A stretch of 64,000 nucleotides of DNA, taken from contig NMRA01000186.1 of the NCBI GenBank assembly GCA_002633005.1, forward strand, positions 227,479 through 291,478, given 5' to 3'. The DNA comes from Phoronis australis (lineage: Eukaryota; Animalia; Phoronida). Within the stretch, counting starts at the first letter, position 1. Every line of letters starts with the position of its first letter. Under the pieces are notes generated by a model. The model made no database searches. It saw nothing but the letters and a program-made list of their open reading frames with translations, and was not told the origin of the DNA. Position numbers and translations under genes: made by a program. Positions 1 to 13,100 of this stretch are shown here, piece after piece.

Positions 1-49
1 TGTAAGGGCATTCGAGATTTCATCGCTACATCATGTTCAGCACACATAC

Positions 50-230
50 GTAATATATGAAAAAGTGCGTCATATTACGAAAAAAACGTGTAATATGACG
101 CATGTTTGCGTGATATGACGCAGATTTGTGTGATATTACGCATATTTGCGTTACGGTGACGCACGCATGCGTTATATTACGCATTTTTGCGTTACGTTAC
201 GCAAACAATTTGCGTTACCGTTACACACAT
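50..230. repeat. Degenerate short tandem repeat (TGCGT..AT(T/G)ACGCA-like units)
   Basis: Recurrent ATATTACG/ATATGACGCA/TTTGCGTTAC motifs about 20 bp apart. Confidence 0.55.
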
Positions 231-1014
231 TTCTTTTAATTGCCAATTAACAAAAGTTCGTTTATTTGTTTTTCAAAATAAAAACAGAAAGGTGTTTAGA
301 GAGTGAATGACTTTCATGTCAAGTCATTTTTGAGTACAATACTTGGATATTTTACATTTGCGTAACGTTACATTCCAGTTTGGGACTAAATGAGATTTTC
401 CCTATTTAAATAAGATCGACTTATATGAACATAATGTGCCAACAATTCTAATAATGGGAAAAGCGGACATCAAGTATAGCTGCCATGTCAGATTCAGTTA
501 ATATCAACGATGCGAAATACTGACTTGTCGTTGGCCAGTTTGTAATGTCCGTATGAGCTGTGATAGCCAATGAACATATATAGAGACTTCTGTTGCTGGT
601 AAAGCACAAGTGTTTTGTAATGGTTTTCGGACTGATTCGCAATGATCTTCACAGAAAATGACAGCAGCAACTTTCAAAGCAAATTTCACAGGTTTTCTAG
701 CACATTTGATTTATTTTTGGGTGCATTTTAAAGCTGCATGCCTACCTGAGGTCTGAACAAAAATAACTGAATGTAGACGTGTAACAACATTGTTGTATTG
801 TGAAGTGCTTTTAGTTCACATCTTTTGTATACGATAATCTTGAAAACAGGAAGCTCAAACAAAATCATGCAAGTCAGGATAATGCAACAACGGAACTTGC
901 CTAAGCTGACACCAAATACCAATGAGTCAAACAAATGCTTAATAAGCATTTAAAACCAATGAAATTTGCTTTACACAGTTATGTACAACCAACAAAGTAA
1001 CGTAAAATGAATAC

Positions 1015-1130
1015 CTTTTGTATAATTTCTCTGATTGCAGTATATTTGTAAGTCATATCTCCGGCCTCACTTAGGGGGGCATCGTAATCATAGGAGGTTG
1101 GCTGTGGTTTGTAAGATGGATAGTTTGCAC
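1015..1130 (-). CDS. GLB1: GLB1 exon 8
   Basis: [39 protein letters not shown]; TAG/GTATTC. Confidence 0.93.
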
Positions 1131-4100
1131 CTAATCCAGGACAAAGCAACATGCTGTTATTGAGCGGCCAAGCAAATAGGGTGAAATGTAGATACTAGAG
1201 AACATGCAGATCCAATTTTGTCACATGACCTACACTGAGAAGCACTGTAATTAGTTTGGACCCGTTTTACATTTAATTTGTAGATAACCTCCCCATCCAT
1301 ACAAAATTAGATGATTTGTTGTTTCTTAAGGGGCACCTTAATATTCACTAGGTATGTTGATAAAGAAATTTCCACCCTAATGTCTGTATAGTGTCGGTAG
1401 CAGCCCTTCGTTTTAATGAAGTTTACCTTAATATCTGAGTACATTTGTGGAAGCTGTTAACTGGCAAGAGAGCCTTTATGAAATGTGTGATCACAGTGAT
1501 TGCTTTTAAATGACAGGTTGGAATCTTGTTTGACAAGAAACACCTTGCAACTTTAAGTTCCTCATTCTGAACGTAATTGTATCTTACCATTCATGTAACC
1601 AAAATTAGTACCACCTTCAAACATGTACCTGAAAGGACAAAATTAACATCAGTCTAATATACTTAGTGTACTATAGATGAAGCAATGTTGTTCGCAACAA
1701 GATGTCATGAAATGGAATAAACAAGATGTCAACGGCCATCCACTAAGAAAGCCTCGTTTCATCTCACTATTGACAACTACAGTACATGGTTTGTCCCTAG
1801 ACCTGTATCAGCGTGCGAGTTAAAATGTATTTGCACGCAGGTGGATATATTTACGCATCCTCACAACGTCAATACAACACAGTGATGGCCTTGCCAACCA
1901 CGTTCGCAGCAGAGGAATGTCTGCGTCTGGGAAAAGTTCACACAGGGAAAGTGTATATTGACGGCCAAAGCACAATCTTAAAACGGTCATTAAATTTTGC
2001 AGTATCAAAAATTGCATTTCGTATCCAGTTTCAGTGGCAGGTAAAAATGATCACACTCAGCCTCAGGCCTTGCAGCGAACTTGGCAACTGCTGGCACAGG
2101 CTTACACGTGGGATCTAACAAAAGAATTTCATATATCCCTCACATCTCACGATTTCAATCCAACGAATTACCCCTTTCAGAAAGCATTTTTCTTTCTTGT
2201 GTTTCGTCATTTTCAGGTGGTCCTCCGTGATTCGGCCACGCACACCGTAATTGCCCCTCAGTCAAAGTTTACAGAGCGCAAACCCTGACTTTGTTTGTGA
2301 ACACATTGACTGCAGTTTCTTTAATCCACTTTTTCCGCAAAATATTCTGTCTACTCCAAGATCCCTGCATTTTTGGCCGCAGAATAGCACTATTTGTCAC
2401 TGCGATTTAATACCATATGCAGATGCCATTGATGAACCACGCTATCCCAGGAAACCAGGCAATTACAATTGTCGTTCCTCCGAAACATAAAGAGCAGTTT
2501 CCACTTTTCGAGTTGTCGACAACGCCGCAGTTAGAAACCAATTTGCTGCAGAAATTTTATGGCAAATTCGATTTTTTTCCACAGAAATATAACAACAAGA
2601 GCAACGCGAAGCGTTGAAATGCAATGCAAATGGTGTATTTTTGGCGTTGTTTATTTGTATCATAAAAATGGAAACTAAAGGTCGCAAAAACATATAATCC
2701 ATCCCAAAACAGGAACATGCCATATTTCATAAAAATGTGTCAAGGAACTTCATAAAAACAAAGGAAAACAGAATAAATGAAATTGCCACTAGTAGGCAGT
2801 GTCCGTTGGATCTGCCTGAAAGTGGTCGTCATCTGTTGTTATCTTCATAAAAATACACTTACTAAATTTTAGTAAAGATACTGCAGTGGGTTTAAGAGAT
2901 ACAACTATGGGTGCGAAACAAAACTACCACTAGGAGGCGCCACAGTAATCAGTCACCACCATCAAAGGTCATCTTCACACTGAGAACATATATATGCCAA
3001 TTTTCAAATGATTTGGTTGATACAGGGATGGACACCAAAAACAAGACTTGAAAACAGCAAAAATGGCCACTAGGTGGTGCAAAATACCTCAATCCATCCA
3101 AAAACAGGCAGATAGCATCATCACACCAATAGATGCCTATATTTAAAATTTTATGAAAATCTGTTGAGGACCTTTGAAGATACTGAGTTAAACGTAAAAA
3201 ACTAAAATTGACACTAGGGGGCACAGCAGTAGTCAGATCTGTCTGAAAGTCGTCGCTCTCCGTAATCAACATCACATAAATACACTTGCTAAATTAAGTA
3301 AAGATCCTGTGAACGCTTTAGGAGATACAACCATAGGCGCAACAAAAACAAAACTGCCACCAGGAGGCGCCACAGTATTCGAAATTGTCAGAAAATCATC
3401 GTCAACCGCCCTCTTCATAGGAAGCACATACATCTCAATTTTCACAATCACCCTTTGAGCGGTTTGGTTGATAGTGGGGTGGACGCAAAAAAACGGACTC
3501 CAAAACAGTAAAAATGGCCACTAGGTGGCGCAAACTATATCGAATCCATCCGAAAACAGGAGGACAGAGTCATCTCATTGAAAGGTGCCCACATATTAAA
3601 TTTCATGAAAATCCGTTCAGGACTTTTGAAGACACAAAGGTAAACGTAAAAAAAATGCCCTAAGAATTCGACGCATTTGTTCAGAAGAAACTTCTGTTAA
3701 TAACCGTTTAAAAGAACTCAAGTACTATCTAGTTCAATGTCATTTCCCCTTACATCTTATACATAAACAGTTTGACAAAGTCCGTTCAATCACACGAAAT
3801 GAATCTTAAGGCAATACTAGTAGAATACTATTCATAACTATGTTCAATCCATGTTTAAATGGAATTAGCCACGTCTTCAGAAAACATCTTTCCACGCTGC
3901 ATATTTCCCCTCAAATGAAAAACCTATTTCCTCATCCACCAATAATTTCTTGGAGAAAATGTAAAAATCTAAAAAATTATTTAGTTAAAGCTAATATACA
4001 CCAAACTGACAAACCTATTGGCAACACAAAATGTAACAAAACTAGGTGTAAAATGTGTAACTTTATCAACGATAGCACTTTTTTTCCAGTCTTCCCAAAC

Positions 4101-7100
4101 CAATGCAAACTTTGAAATAAAACATTCCGATTGCACTACCAACAATATTATTTACCTTATAACTTGTAAAAAATGTTCTATCCAATACGTAGGACAAACT
4201 CAACATAATCTACAAACTCGGTTTCGTAATCATAGATTTAACATAATACATAAAAACATTTCTGATACTATAGGTAATCATTTCAATTCCAAAAGCCATA
4301 ATATTCAAGATCTTTCTGTACAAATAATAAAAAAACTCCAACACCCCAGTACTCCTCACAGACTCAAAAGAGAACAATATTGGATAGGCAAGCTCAATAC
4401 AATAGAACCTCATGGATTGAACATAAAAACTTCTTAAAATATGTCATTGAATTTTTTACGCAAAAATGTATCATATTCATTACACCATATCTTATATGTC
4501 AATTGTCATATAGCCTTTGATTTTACTTTATTTCTGTTTCTGTTGACAAAGGAAGTTATTACATCCGAAAATTTCAGTTGATCCATTCTTGTTGTTTTAT
4601 TTACCTATTTATATTCTACATTTCGTGACACAATAGTATCCTTGGGAGGATCTGGATCGCCTTAGGGCTGTTCCAGTAAAATCTGTATGGGAGGGGGGGG
4701 GGGAAGGCACCTGTTTTTCGCACCCACCACCCATATTTTTCATTTATTTCTTCAGCCAACCACCCGTAATTTTTTATAAGTTTGAAATGCAAACACCCGT
4801 AATTTTTTTTTGTTCTTGTGGTTGACTGCACAGGCGCTTGAGTTTATATGTTGCTCCATCATCACTAACGTCATTCATTACTGAGAAAACCTATGTTTCT
4901 TATATATGGTTATTAGCCATAGAGAAATTCGAGCACCTGTGGTTAAATGGTGTTATTTGCATGCTGATGAGGAGATGGAGGGAGTGAAAAAGTCGGAGCT
5001 TTTTGCAAGTTGCATTTTTGTTTCAGTTTTGATTCTGTGCGGATTGTTTATAAAATTTACTAAAATTACCCACCATCAAACATTTATGGCCCAATGAAAC
5101 AACAACGACCTGTAAATTTTTAGTTTTTTGAAGTACGACCACCAGCCATTTTGAATTTAAATCAAACGCAACCACCCATAAATTTTTATTTCAGTTGCCT
5201 TCCCCCCCCTCCCACACAGATTTTGCTGGAACAGCCCTTATTTAGTTTCAGATTTATTCTCTACGTTAAGAATGCAATGAAATTCGAATGGGCAAGGTCA
5301 TTTTGTCTCATGTTTGATATGTACTGTACCTACATGTTCACATTTGCTCCCATGGCTAACATGTCGTCTAGTGTCTTCACATCCGTCTGCCATGCAGATG
5401 TTGAATGTTTCTCACCCCAGTGGTCCAACCAGCCCACGTAGTATTCAGAGTTGACCTGAAATCATCCAAGAAGCTACTTATACAAAACTGTTGTCTGATG
5501 CCAGAGAATTGGCTTGTTAAATTTATAGAAGAAAATGGATAAATTCCAGACGTGTCCACATTCACAGCAACATCCCCATCACAATTTGAACTCTCCTCGT
5601 GAACAGATGACAAAACACATTGCAAGGTTCAATAATTCTTCCAACTGCTTGTTTCAATGAAGACACCCCAACTTTTGAGTGAAGCCCATTAGGGGCCAAG
5701 GGGTGCTTGTTTACTGCCCCCACCGAACTTTTGAAAAAACGAGACTCTGCAAGTTGACGAGTCAAACATCATTAAACGTTTTTGAAGTGAAGCATAAGAT
5801 AAGTCACAGTTCAATATCAAAATACAGAATATCCAGGCAGTTTTATACAGCAATAATTTTGGCATCTGAGTGAGTGGTGTGTGGATGTTAGCTCGCTTCA
5901 ACACCTGCCTCCAACTTTCCGAAATGTTAAAAACTCAAAGACGATGGGCGTTTACATGGCAGAATACAATATTTTACTTGTCTTCTGAGTGAGCTAAGTA
6001 CAGAAGCAATCATGGAAAATACACTGCATACTGCATATTTGTCTAATTCCATAATATATAATAATAATATCTTCACTGAAACATATACATGTGGTCATAG
6101 ACCCAAAGTATATTAGCACATTGCAATTCCTGGCACAATTGCATTACTGAGACATTCAAAAGCTTCTCCCAAGGCAAAAATCCAAGCAAGGCTAAAACTG
6201 CAAGCTGTGTTTTCACAAACTAATCTAATTGCTTTCTGGAAATTCACAGAGACAACAAACAGGTGTGCATTAGGTTCACTATTGTTTTAAAGTAAACAAA
6301 TAAAAAATAGCTAATCATAAAAGTCTTGTAAAACAGAATGCGTTCAGGCTTTTCCAACATGGCCAAACATGTATTTATTAAAACGTGATTCAGAGAGTTT
6401 CAAGAGGGTACACAGGGGGCGGATCCGGGATTTTGAGTTAGGGAGGGTCAGGGCACAGGAATAACCAGAATTTCAACACATGCCCGCACCCAGCCTAAAA
6501 TGTAGTGATGCAGGGGTCTCGAATTTTGGGGTTTGCAGACCTTATTACTAAAAAAAGGTAAACGGGGTTTGTTCAAGGCCTATGCATTGTTTATTTGCCA
6601 CCCTCCCCAAGCCCCCCCCCTGGATGCGCGAATATGCTAGTCAGCAATTCGCACCCGAAATAATGTCTTCCCCGCAATGCTCACCAGAGGTCCCTTAGGT
6701 GCATAAAGGCGCTGCGCATCAAATGCCGACTTTGCGTCGCCAGGACCAAAGTCGACAGTGGGATAAACATCGGGAATAACACCACACTTGAGGAAGCCTG
6801 CACCCGCGCCATCTGTGGTGAACAGGGTGACCTTTGATCCCAGGTGCTGTCGAAAGTAGTCGCGTAGAAAAGTTGTGTAGTCACGATCACATGTGAAGTA
6901 ACTGCCAAACTCATTTTCAACCTGACGTGAAATAAAGAGTTAAAACATTTAGAACATAAAGTTCAATTAAAGAATAGTATCCCTCATTTTATTCACAACT
7001 ATTAACTTTATTTACAACTTGAATGTACACAAATTGACAAAAAGTAAAACAATTTCATACCTCAAATATTACAATCCCTAGTTCAAGATAGAAAGTGCCT

Positions 7101-10100
7101 GCAGCAAAGTTGTTATACACAGAGCACTTGCCTGAACAGTGATTATTGGCCCTCCATTCTCGTAGAGCAGCGGCTTTATCTTAGGAAGAAGAACGTCGAG
7201 CCATCTTTTCACTGGAGTGATGTACTGTGGGTCACTTGATCGGAGAAGGACTGTGGCGTTGTCTCGAATCAGCCAGTAAGGAAAACCTCCCTTGTAAAAG
7301 AATGTAGTACATTTATTGCAAATCTCGACCTTCTTTTCAGCACACGAGATTAAACAAGGAAATACCAACAATTTATTTTTAAAACAGTTGAAGTTATGTT
7401 GAGATCTAAGAAGGAAACAAGGCCAAAGATAACACAAAATAATTTTTGAAAATAAGCCATAAAATTGTGTTTCGAAATTTTTTAAAATGAAGAAATCATA
7501 CTAACTTTACTAAAACTGTGTAATATTAAATTCTCTAAGCAGAATCAGTCATCTAAACCTGAACATAACTACATTGACTTCAACGAGAGTCAAAGTAAGC
7601 TAAAGTGAGCTCTTGGGGAAAAGCTAAGGACATCTGGCACCAATTCGCCTTCGACAAGACCTGGGCAATGTTGAGCTAATAATTATTTTTTCTCTACAAA
7701 GCATGCTGAACCACTGCAATTCTTCACTCAAACAGAAGTTAAGAGCACAATTAGCAACATTCTCACAAGTGTACAAAAAGGACATTTTCCTATGAGGCCA
7801 GGTCAGTAGCATGCAATTTGTTTATGACAGAATACTAGAGAACATTCTGATACGTTCCAGTATACATAGAGGAGTAGTCTGGGACATTCTAGAGCTTAAA
7901 CACATGTGTGGAATGATTGCCAATGGGTAGATTCCGGAAAGTTCTAGAATTGTCAAAAAGTTTCAGAGTATTGTAAGAGACTATAAATACCCAGACACAG
8001 GTTATTGTGCGAGAAGTCGAGTTGAAGTTGAGATGAGTCAAAGTTGGCTTGCAGACGTTAAAGAAGCAGCAGCAACAGCATTAATCAACAGAGCCAGCTA
8101 TAGAGACAGCAGGTTATTGAATGAACAAGTACAACAGTTCCTGGAAGTGTCTCAGGATTTCATCACAAGTCATGCCATTGAAACACTAGCTGCAATACAT
8201 AACAGACATTATGTCGGACGTTTCCTTGGAGTAGACTTGAGAACAACAACAAGAGCAACGCAGAGCGTTGAAATGCGCCCACAATTGCACCGCATACGGT
8301 ATCCTTCTAGGGTTGTTTATTGGTACCATAAAGTGGCCAGTAGAGGGCATATATGTAGTATGTTGTACTTAGCAAAATGGAAAGGCATGGTCATTGTCTC
8401 CTCAATAGGCTAGGGGCAAAATGTGAGTAATCTTCATAATACAAGCACATCCTATACACCAGTTGCTTAAAGCACCACAGAAACATAGAATTAAAAACAA
8501 ATTTACCAACATACGAGATTAGCACAGCATTAGAATGCCAGAAACAAATTTCTACTTGGAACTTTTCCTTCANNNNNNNNNNNNNNNNNNNNNNNNNNNN
8601 NNNNNNNNNNNNNNNNNNNNNNNNNNNNNNNNNNNNNNNNNNNNNNNNNNNNNNNNNNNNNNNNNNNNNNNNNNNNNNNNNNNNNNNNNNNNNNNNNNNN
8701 NNNNNNNNNNNNNNNNNNNNNNNNNNNNNNNNNNNNNNNNNNNNNNNNNNNNNNNNNNNNNNNNNNNNNNNNNNNNNNNNNNNNNNNNNNNNNNNNNNNN
8801 NNNNNNNNNNNNNNNNNNNNNNNNNNNNNNNNNNNNNNNNNNNNNNNNNNNNNNNNNNNNNNNNNNNNNNNNNNNNNNNNNNNNNNNNNNNNNNNNNNNN
8901 NNNNNNNNNNNNNNNNNNNNNNNNNNNNNNNNNNNNNNNNNNNNNNNNNNNNNNNNNNNNNNNNNNNNNNNNNNNNNNNNNNNNNNNNNNNNNNNNNNNN
9001 NNNNNNNNNNNNNNNNNNNNNNNNNNNNNNNNNNNNNNNNNNNNNNNNNNNNNNNNNNNNNNNNNNNNNNNNNNNNNNNNNNNNNNNNNNNNNNNNNNNN
9101 NNNNNNNNNNNNNNNNNNNNNNNNNNNNNNNNNNNNNNNNNNNNNNNNNNNNNNNNNNNNNNNNNNNNNNNNNNNNNNNNNNNNNNNNNNNNNNNNNNNN
9201 NNNNNNNNNNNNNNNNNNNNNNNATGGCCACTAGGTGGCGCAAACTATGTCGAATCCATCTGAAAACGGCAGGATAGCGTCATCTCACTAATAGGTGCCT
9301 ACATACCAAATTTCATGAAAATCCGTTCAGGACTTTTGAAGATACAAAGGTAAGCGTAAAAAACTAAAATTGCCACTAGGGGGCACACTGGTAGTCGGAT
9401 TTGTCCGAAAGTTCGCACATGCCGTCTCATTCATGAATGGAACATATGTGCCAAATTTCATGAACGTATGTCAAAGGGTTTTGGAGATAGAGCAGCGGAT
9501 GCCGGACGCCGGACGGACGCCGCCCGGACGGACGAACGGACGGACGGACAGAGATGACGGCATAATGCGTCCACATATAAATATGTGGGCGCATAAAAAT
9601 GATTAACTGAAACCAGTCTTTAGCCATTATCACACTGAAAGCTATTAGCACCAGTCAGGTACAACCAGCAGCCACGAAGCTGTGAAGTTTCGAAAACCAT
9701 TTATTAATAAATGAGACATTAAACTATATTATTTTGATGACGTCAAAAGCATACAGCAGCAGCCAATTGCACGTCTTCCTCCCTTGAGTGTGCGTTTTGT
9801 ACACTAATACAACAGGCGATTATTGTTACGGGCTTGTTTATACATAATTTATGTGGCATGAAACGTCAAACTCTCTACTGGATTAAGGGCAACAATTTCA
9901 AAACATAAGCAGCACAGTTCAATAATGATAGTCTAACATAGGACATCTGCCGCCATGTTCACAGCTTTTATGCAACTGGGCAACGCCAGCAGCTTGGATT
10001 TCAACCATATTGACTAATAATATTCTAATGTATACAAAAATGAAAAAGAGATTTGCATTTTTGGTTACAAACTACATTTGAATGAAATATCAAAATGCAG

Positions 10101-13100
10101 TGCTTTGGTAGGTAATATTTCACTACAGCTTTCAACAATTCCTTAGGGCTGTTCCAGTAAAATCTGTATGGGAGGGGGGGGAAGGCACCTTTTTTTCGCA
10201 CCCACCACCCATATTTTTTATTTATTTCTTCAGCCTACCACCCGTAATTTTTTAAAAGTTTGAAATGCAACCACCTGTAATTTTTTTTGTTCTTGTGGTT
10301 GAGTGCACAGGCACTTGAGTTTATCTGTTCCTCGATCACCATTAATGTCATTCATTACTAAGAAAAGATATGTTTCTTATATATGGTTATTAGCCATCGA
10401 GAAATTCGAGCGCCTGTGGTTGATTGGTGTTATGGGCATGCTGATGGGGAGATCGGAGGGAGTGAAAAAGTCGGAACTTTTTGCAAGTTGCATTTTTGTT
10501 TTCGTTTTTGATTCTGTGCGGATTGTTTATAAAATTTACTAAAATTACCCACCATCAAACATTTATGGCCCAATGAAACAACAACGACCTGTAAATTTTT
10601 ATTTTCTTTAAGTACGACCACCAGCCATTTTGAATTTAAATCAAACGCAACCACCCATAAATTTTTATTTCAGTTGCCTTCCCCCCCCTCCCACACAGAT
10701 TTTGCTGGAACAGCCCTTAGTTTTAACAAATTTGAGAATAGATTTTAAGAAACATAAATTACACACAAGCATGCAAATGACAACAGAATTACTTACGAAT
10801 TCCCATTCAGCACATATGTAGGGACCTGGTCTCAGGATAACAAGAAGTTCCATTTGTTGTGCAATCTTCAGGAAGCCTAGCAGGTCTTTCTGTCCGACAA
10901 AGTCATACACTCCTGGCTCAGGCTCATGGACATTCCAAGCCACATACCTGACGTAAAATCATTGCAGCGAGTCAAAATGATTTTGATATAATATTAGAAC
11001 TGGATCAATTATATGTTAAGGTACAGCCATGCAAATAATTTTTAAAAAACATATCATTACACTAACCTGCAATCGCATGCTAGAGTTCTTCAGGAATTAA
11101 TACTTAAAAAGTTTTAAAATCATTAAACGTGTTCGAAAGTCCATGTCCATGGTCGACTGGTCATGAATGATTTATGCTTAGTTTTGGAATGAGAATGCTG
11201 AACTGTAGACAAACATCCAAAATGACCTGTTTTGATGCAAAAATTATTAATTACCTAAGAGTGCAAACTCGTCACGCAAAATTCAAGCTAATTACTGTGG
11301 AAAGTCAAATACGATTATGGAGAACAATGTAAATACACAATAAAAGTAAGAATAATCTCATAACACATGTCAGAACCAAGGGGTTTCTCTGTCATATAAT
11401 GGGTAGTGAGTGCCACATGACACAAAATTTTGGGACTGAAAGTCAAAGTACCTACCCAAGACATACAATAACTGAGGGTACAATTATTGCTACGTGAGAT
11501 GTCAGTAGATCATTCCTTACTCCTCTTATGGGAAAACACCCCATAGCTGCAACAAGTAAATTTTAGATTCTTACACTTGAACGGCATTAAGGCCAGCATA
11601 TTTCATCTTCTGAAGTCTGTCTCCCCAGTAGTGATGTGGGACACGGAAGTAATGGACGCTTCCAGATATGTAGCGAAATGGCTTTCCATCTTTGAGGAAC
11701 GTATTCCTTTCATAGTCTATGCTGAATGAAGGGCCGATGTCTTGCTAGAATGACAATTCATGGTAGATGAAAGTTAAGGAGAACTAGACATAATTAGTCT
11801 TTCAGTGTCACCAAATCTAAATGTTTTTTTCAAACTTATGTTGGGTTTATGGTGAAATTTCTCAATAAGAAAACTCCCCCTTTGCCAGCATACACTGTCA
11901 GTTGAGGGCATACATTGAGATTGATATTTAACAGCTCAGTCATCAACTTTCAATTATTTATAAATAAAAAGACACGGAATATGGAAAAGAAACTCTGAAA
12001 AAAGAAAATGATGTAATTTTATCAATTACTTAAAATAACTAAAGAATAAGAAAACTTAAGAGACCTGGGGCCCGTTCCAACAAAACTGACTTAGCTAAGA
12101 CAAATCTTTAAGTTTAGTAAATTTTAAAATAAAAGTTAAATTTGTCTCAAAACCAATTCAAAAAAAAGTTTGACTTAAGTGTTTGACATAAAGTTTGTCT
12201 TAATTCTGACTACCTTGCCGAATGTGGAAGTTTCAAAGTTTGAAAGTTAAGACAAATCTTAAACTTAAGTCAAAAATGAACTTCAGTCAGTTTCTTGGAA
12301 CAGGCCCCTGAACTACAGGTTTCAGCACTTTAGTATGATTTATAAAAGTAAAGTTGGTTTCTGACATTCGCATCTTTTTAAATAGTTAGTGTACAGTATT
12401 TTTGAGTCAGAATTTATTTGATCAGTTTTTACCCAAGTCAGCGCAACAGCTGTTTATTTAGTATAGAGCTTTGCACCAAGGCTACGCGGAGCCATGTAGA
12501 ACAGCTTTGTTGCAGTAAGAGTCAACATGACAAGGCAGTAAACTTGTATTATGAACCTTTGAGTGCCGATAACGCAGCGGTAAAAAAGTACAGATCTTCA
12601 CCCAATGAGCTACATACAATAAGCTTAATGTATTTTGCCCTCAACCACAGTGCAGCCTCAATGACGTCAGACGAGCGTTAATTAACATTAAAAAAGCGTG
12701 TTTTATAAAAAAGTGAAAGAACAAAAAATGTGATTTTTGATATAAACTTTATTCATAAACTAATTTACATTAAAAATGCATGTTTTTGTACTTCAGTAAC
12801 CTTTAAGTTGCATTCACAAGTAGCAGACTTGGCACTCTACTGTAATTTCCTGGTCCGAGCGTGACATACAGTGTCTAGACTAAAGGCCTCAATTCCTTAT
12901 TGCCCAATTGGGTTGGATGCTCGTCTTGCACTTCGGCAACCCGGGTTTGAGTGGATTTTTCTGTAGAGCAATACTAGTTCACTGAAGCCACAGCGCAAAG
13001 TTAGCAGGGAACAGACTTTAGCTTGATGTGTCATATGGCATATGGTATCATTGCAGAACTACAGCACACACCACAAATTTTTGTGTGACTGGTAGCCCAG

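Noticed and set aside
4906-5441. Recurrent small ORFs ([25 protein letters not shown]), also at 10303-10821 and 41133-41472
   Set aside because: Chance ORFs within three copies of the same non-coding MITE
8033-8413. 126-aa ORF
   Set aside because: No recognisable domain; lies in LTR-like sequence antisense within a GLB1 intron
8530-9263. Long ORFs of 237 and 242 aa
   Set aside because: They consist almost entirely of N-gap codons
12898-12955. tRNA or tRNA-derived SINE head (A/B-box-like TGCCCAATTGG...GGTTTGAGT)
   Set aside because: No cloverleaf and boxes are degenerate; at most an old SINE fragment
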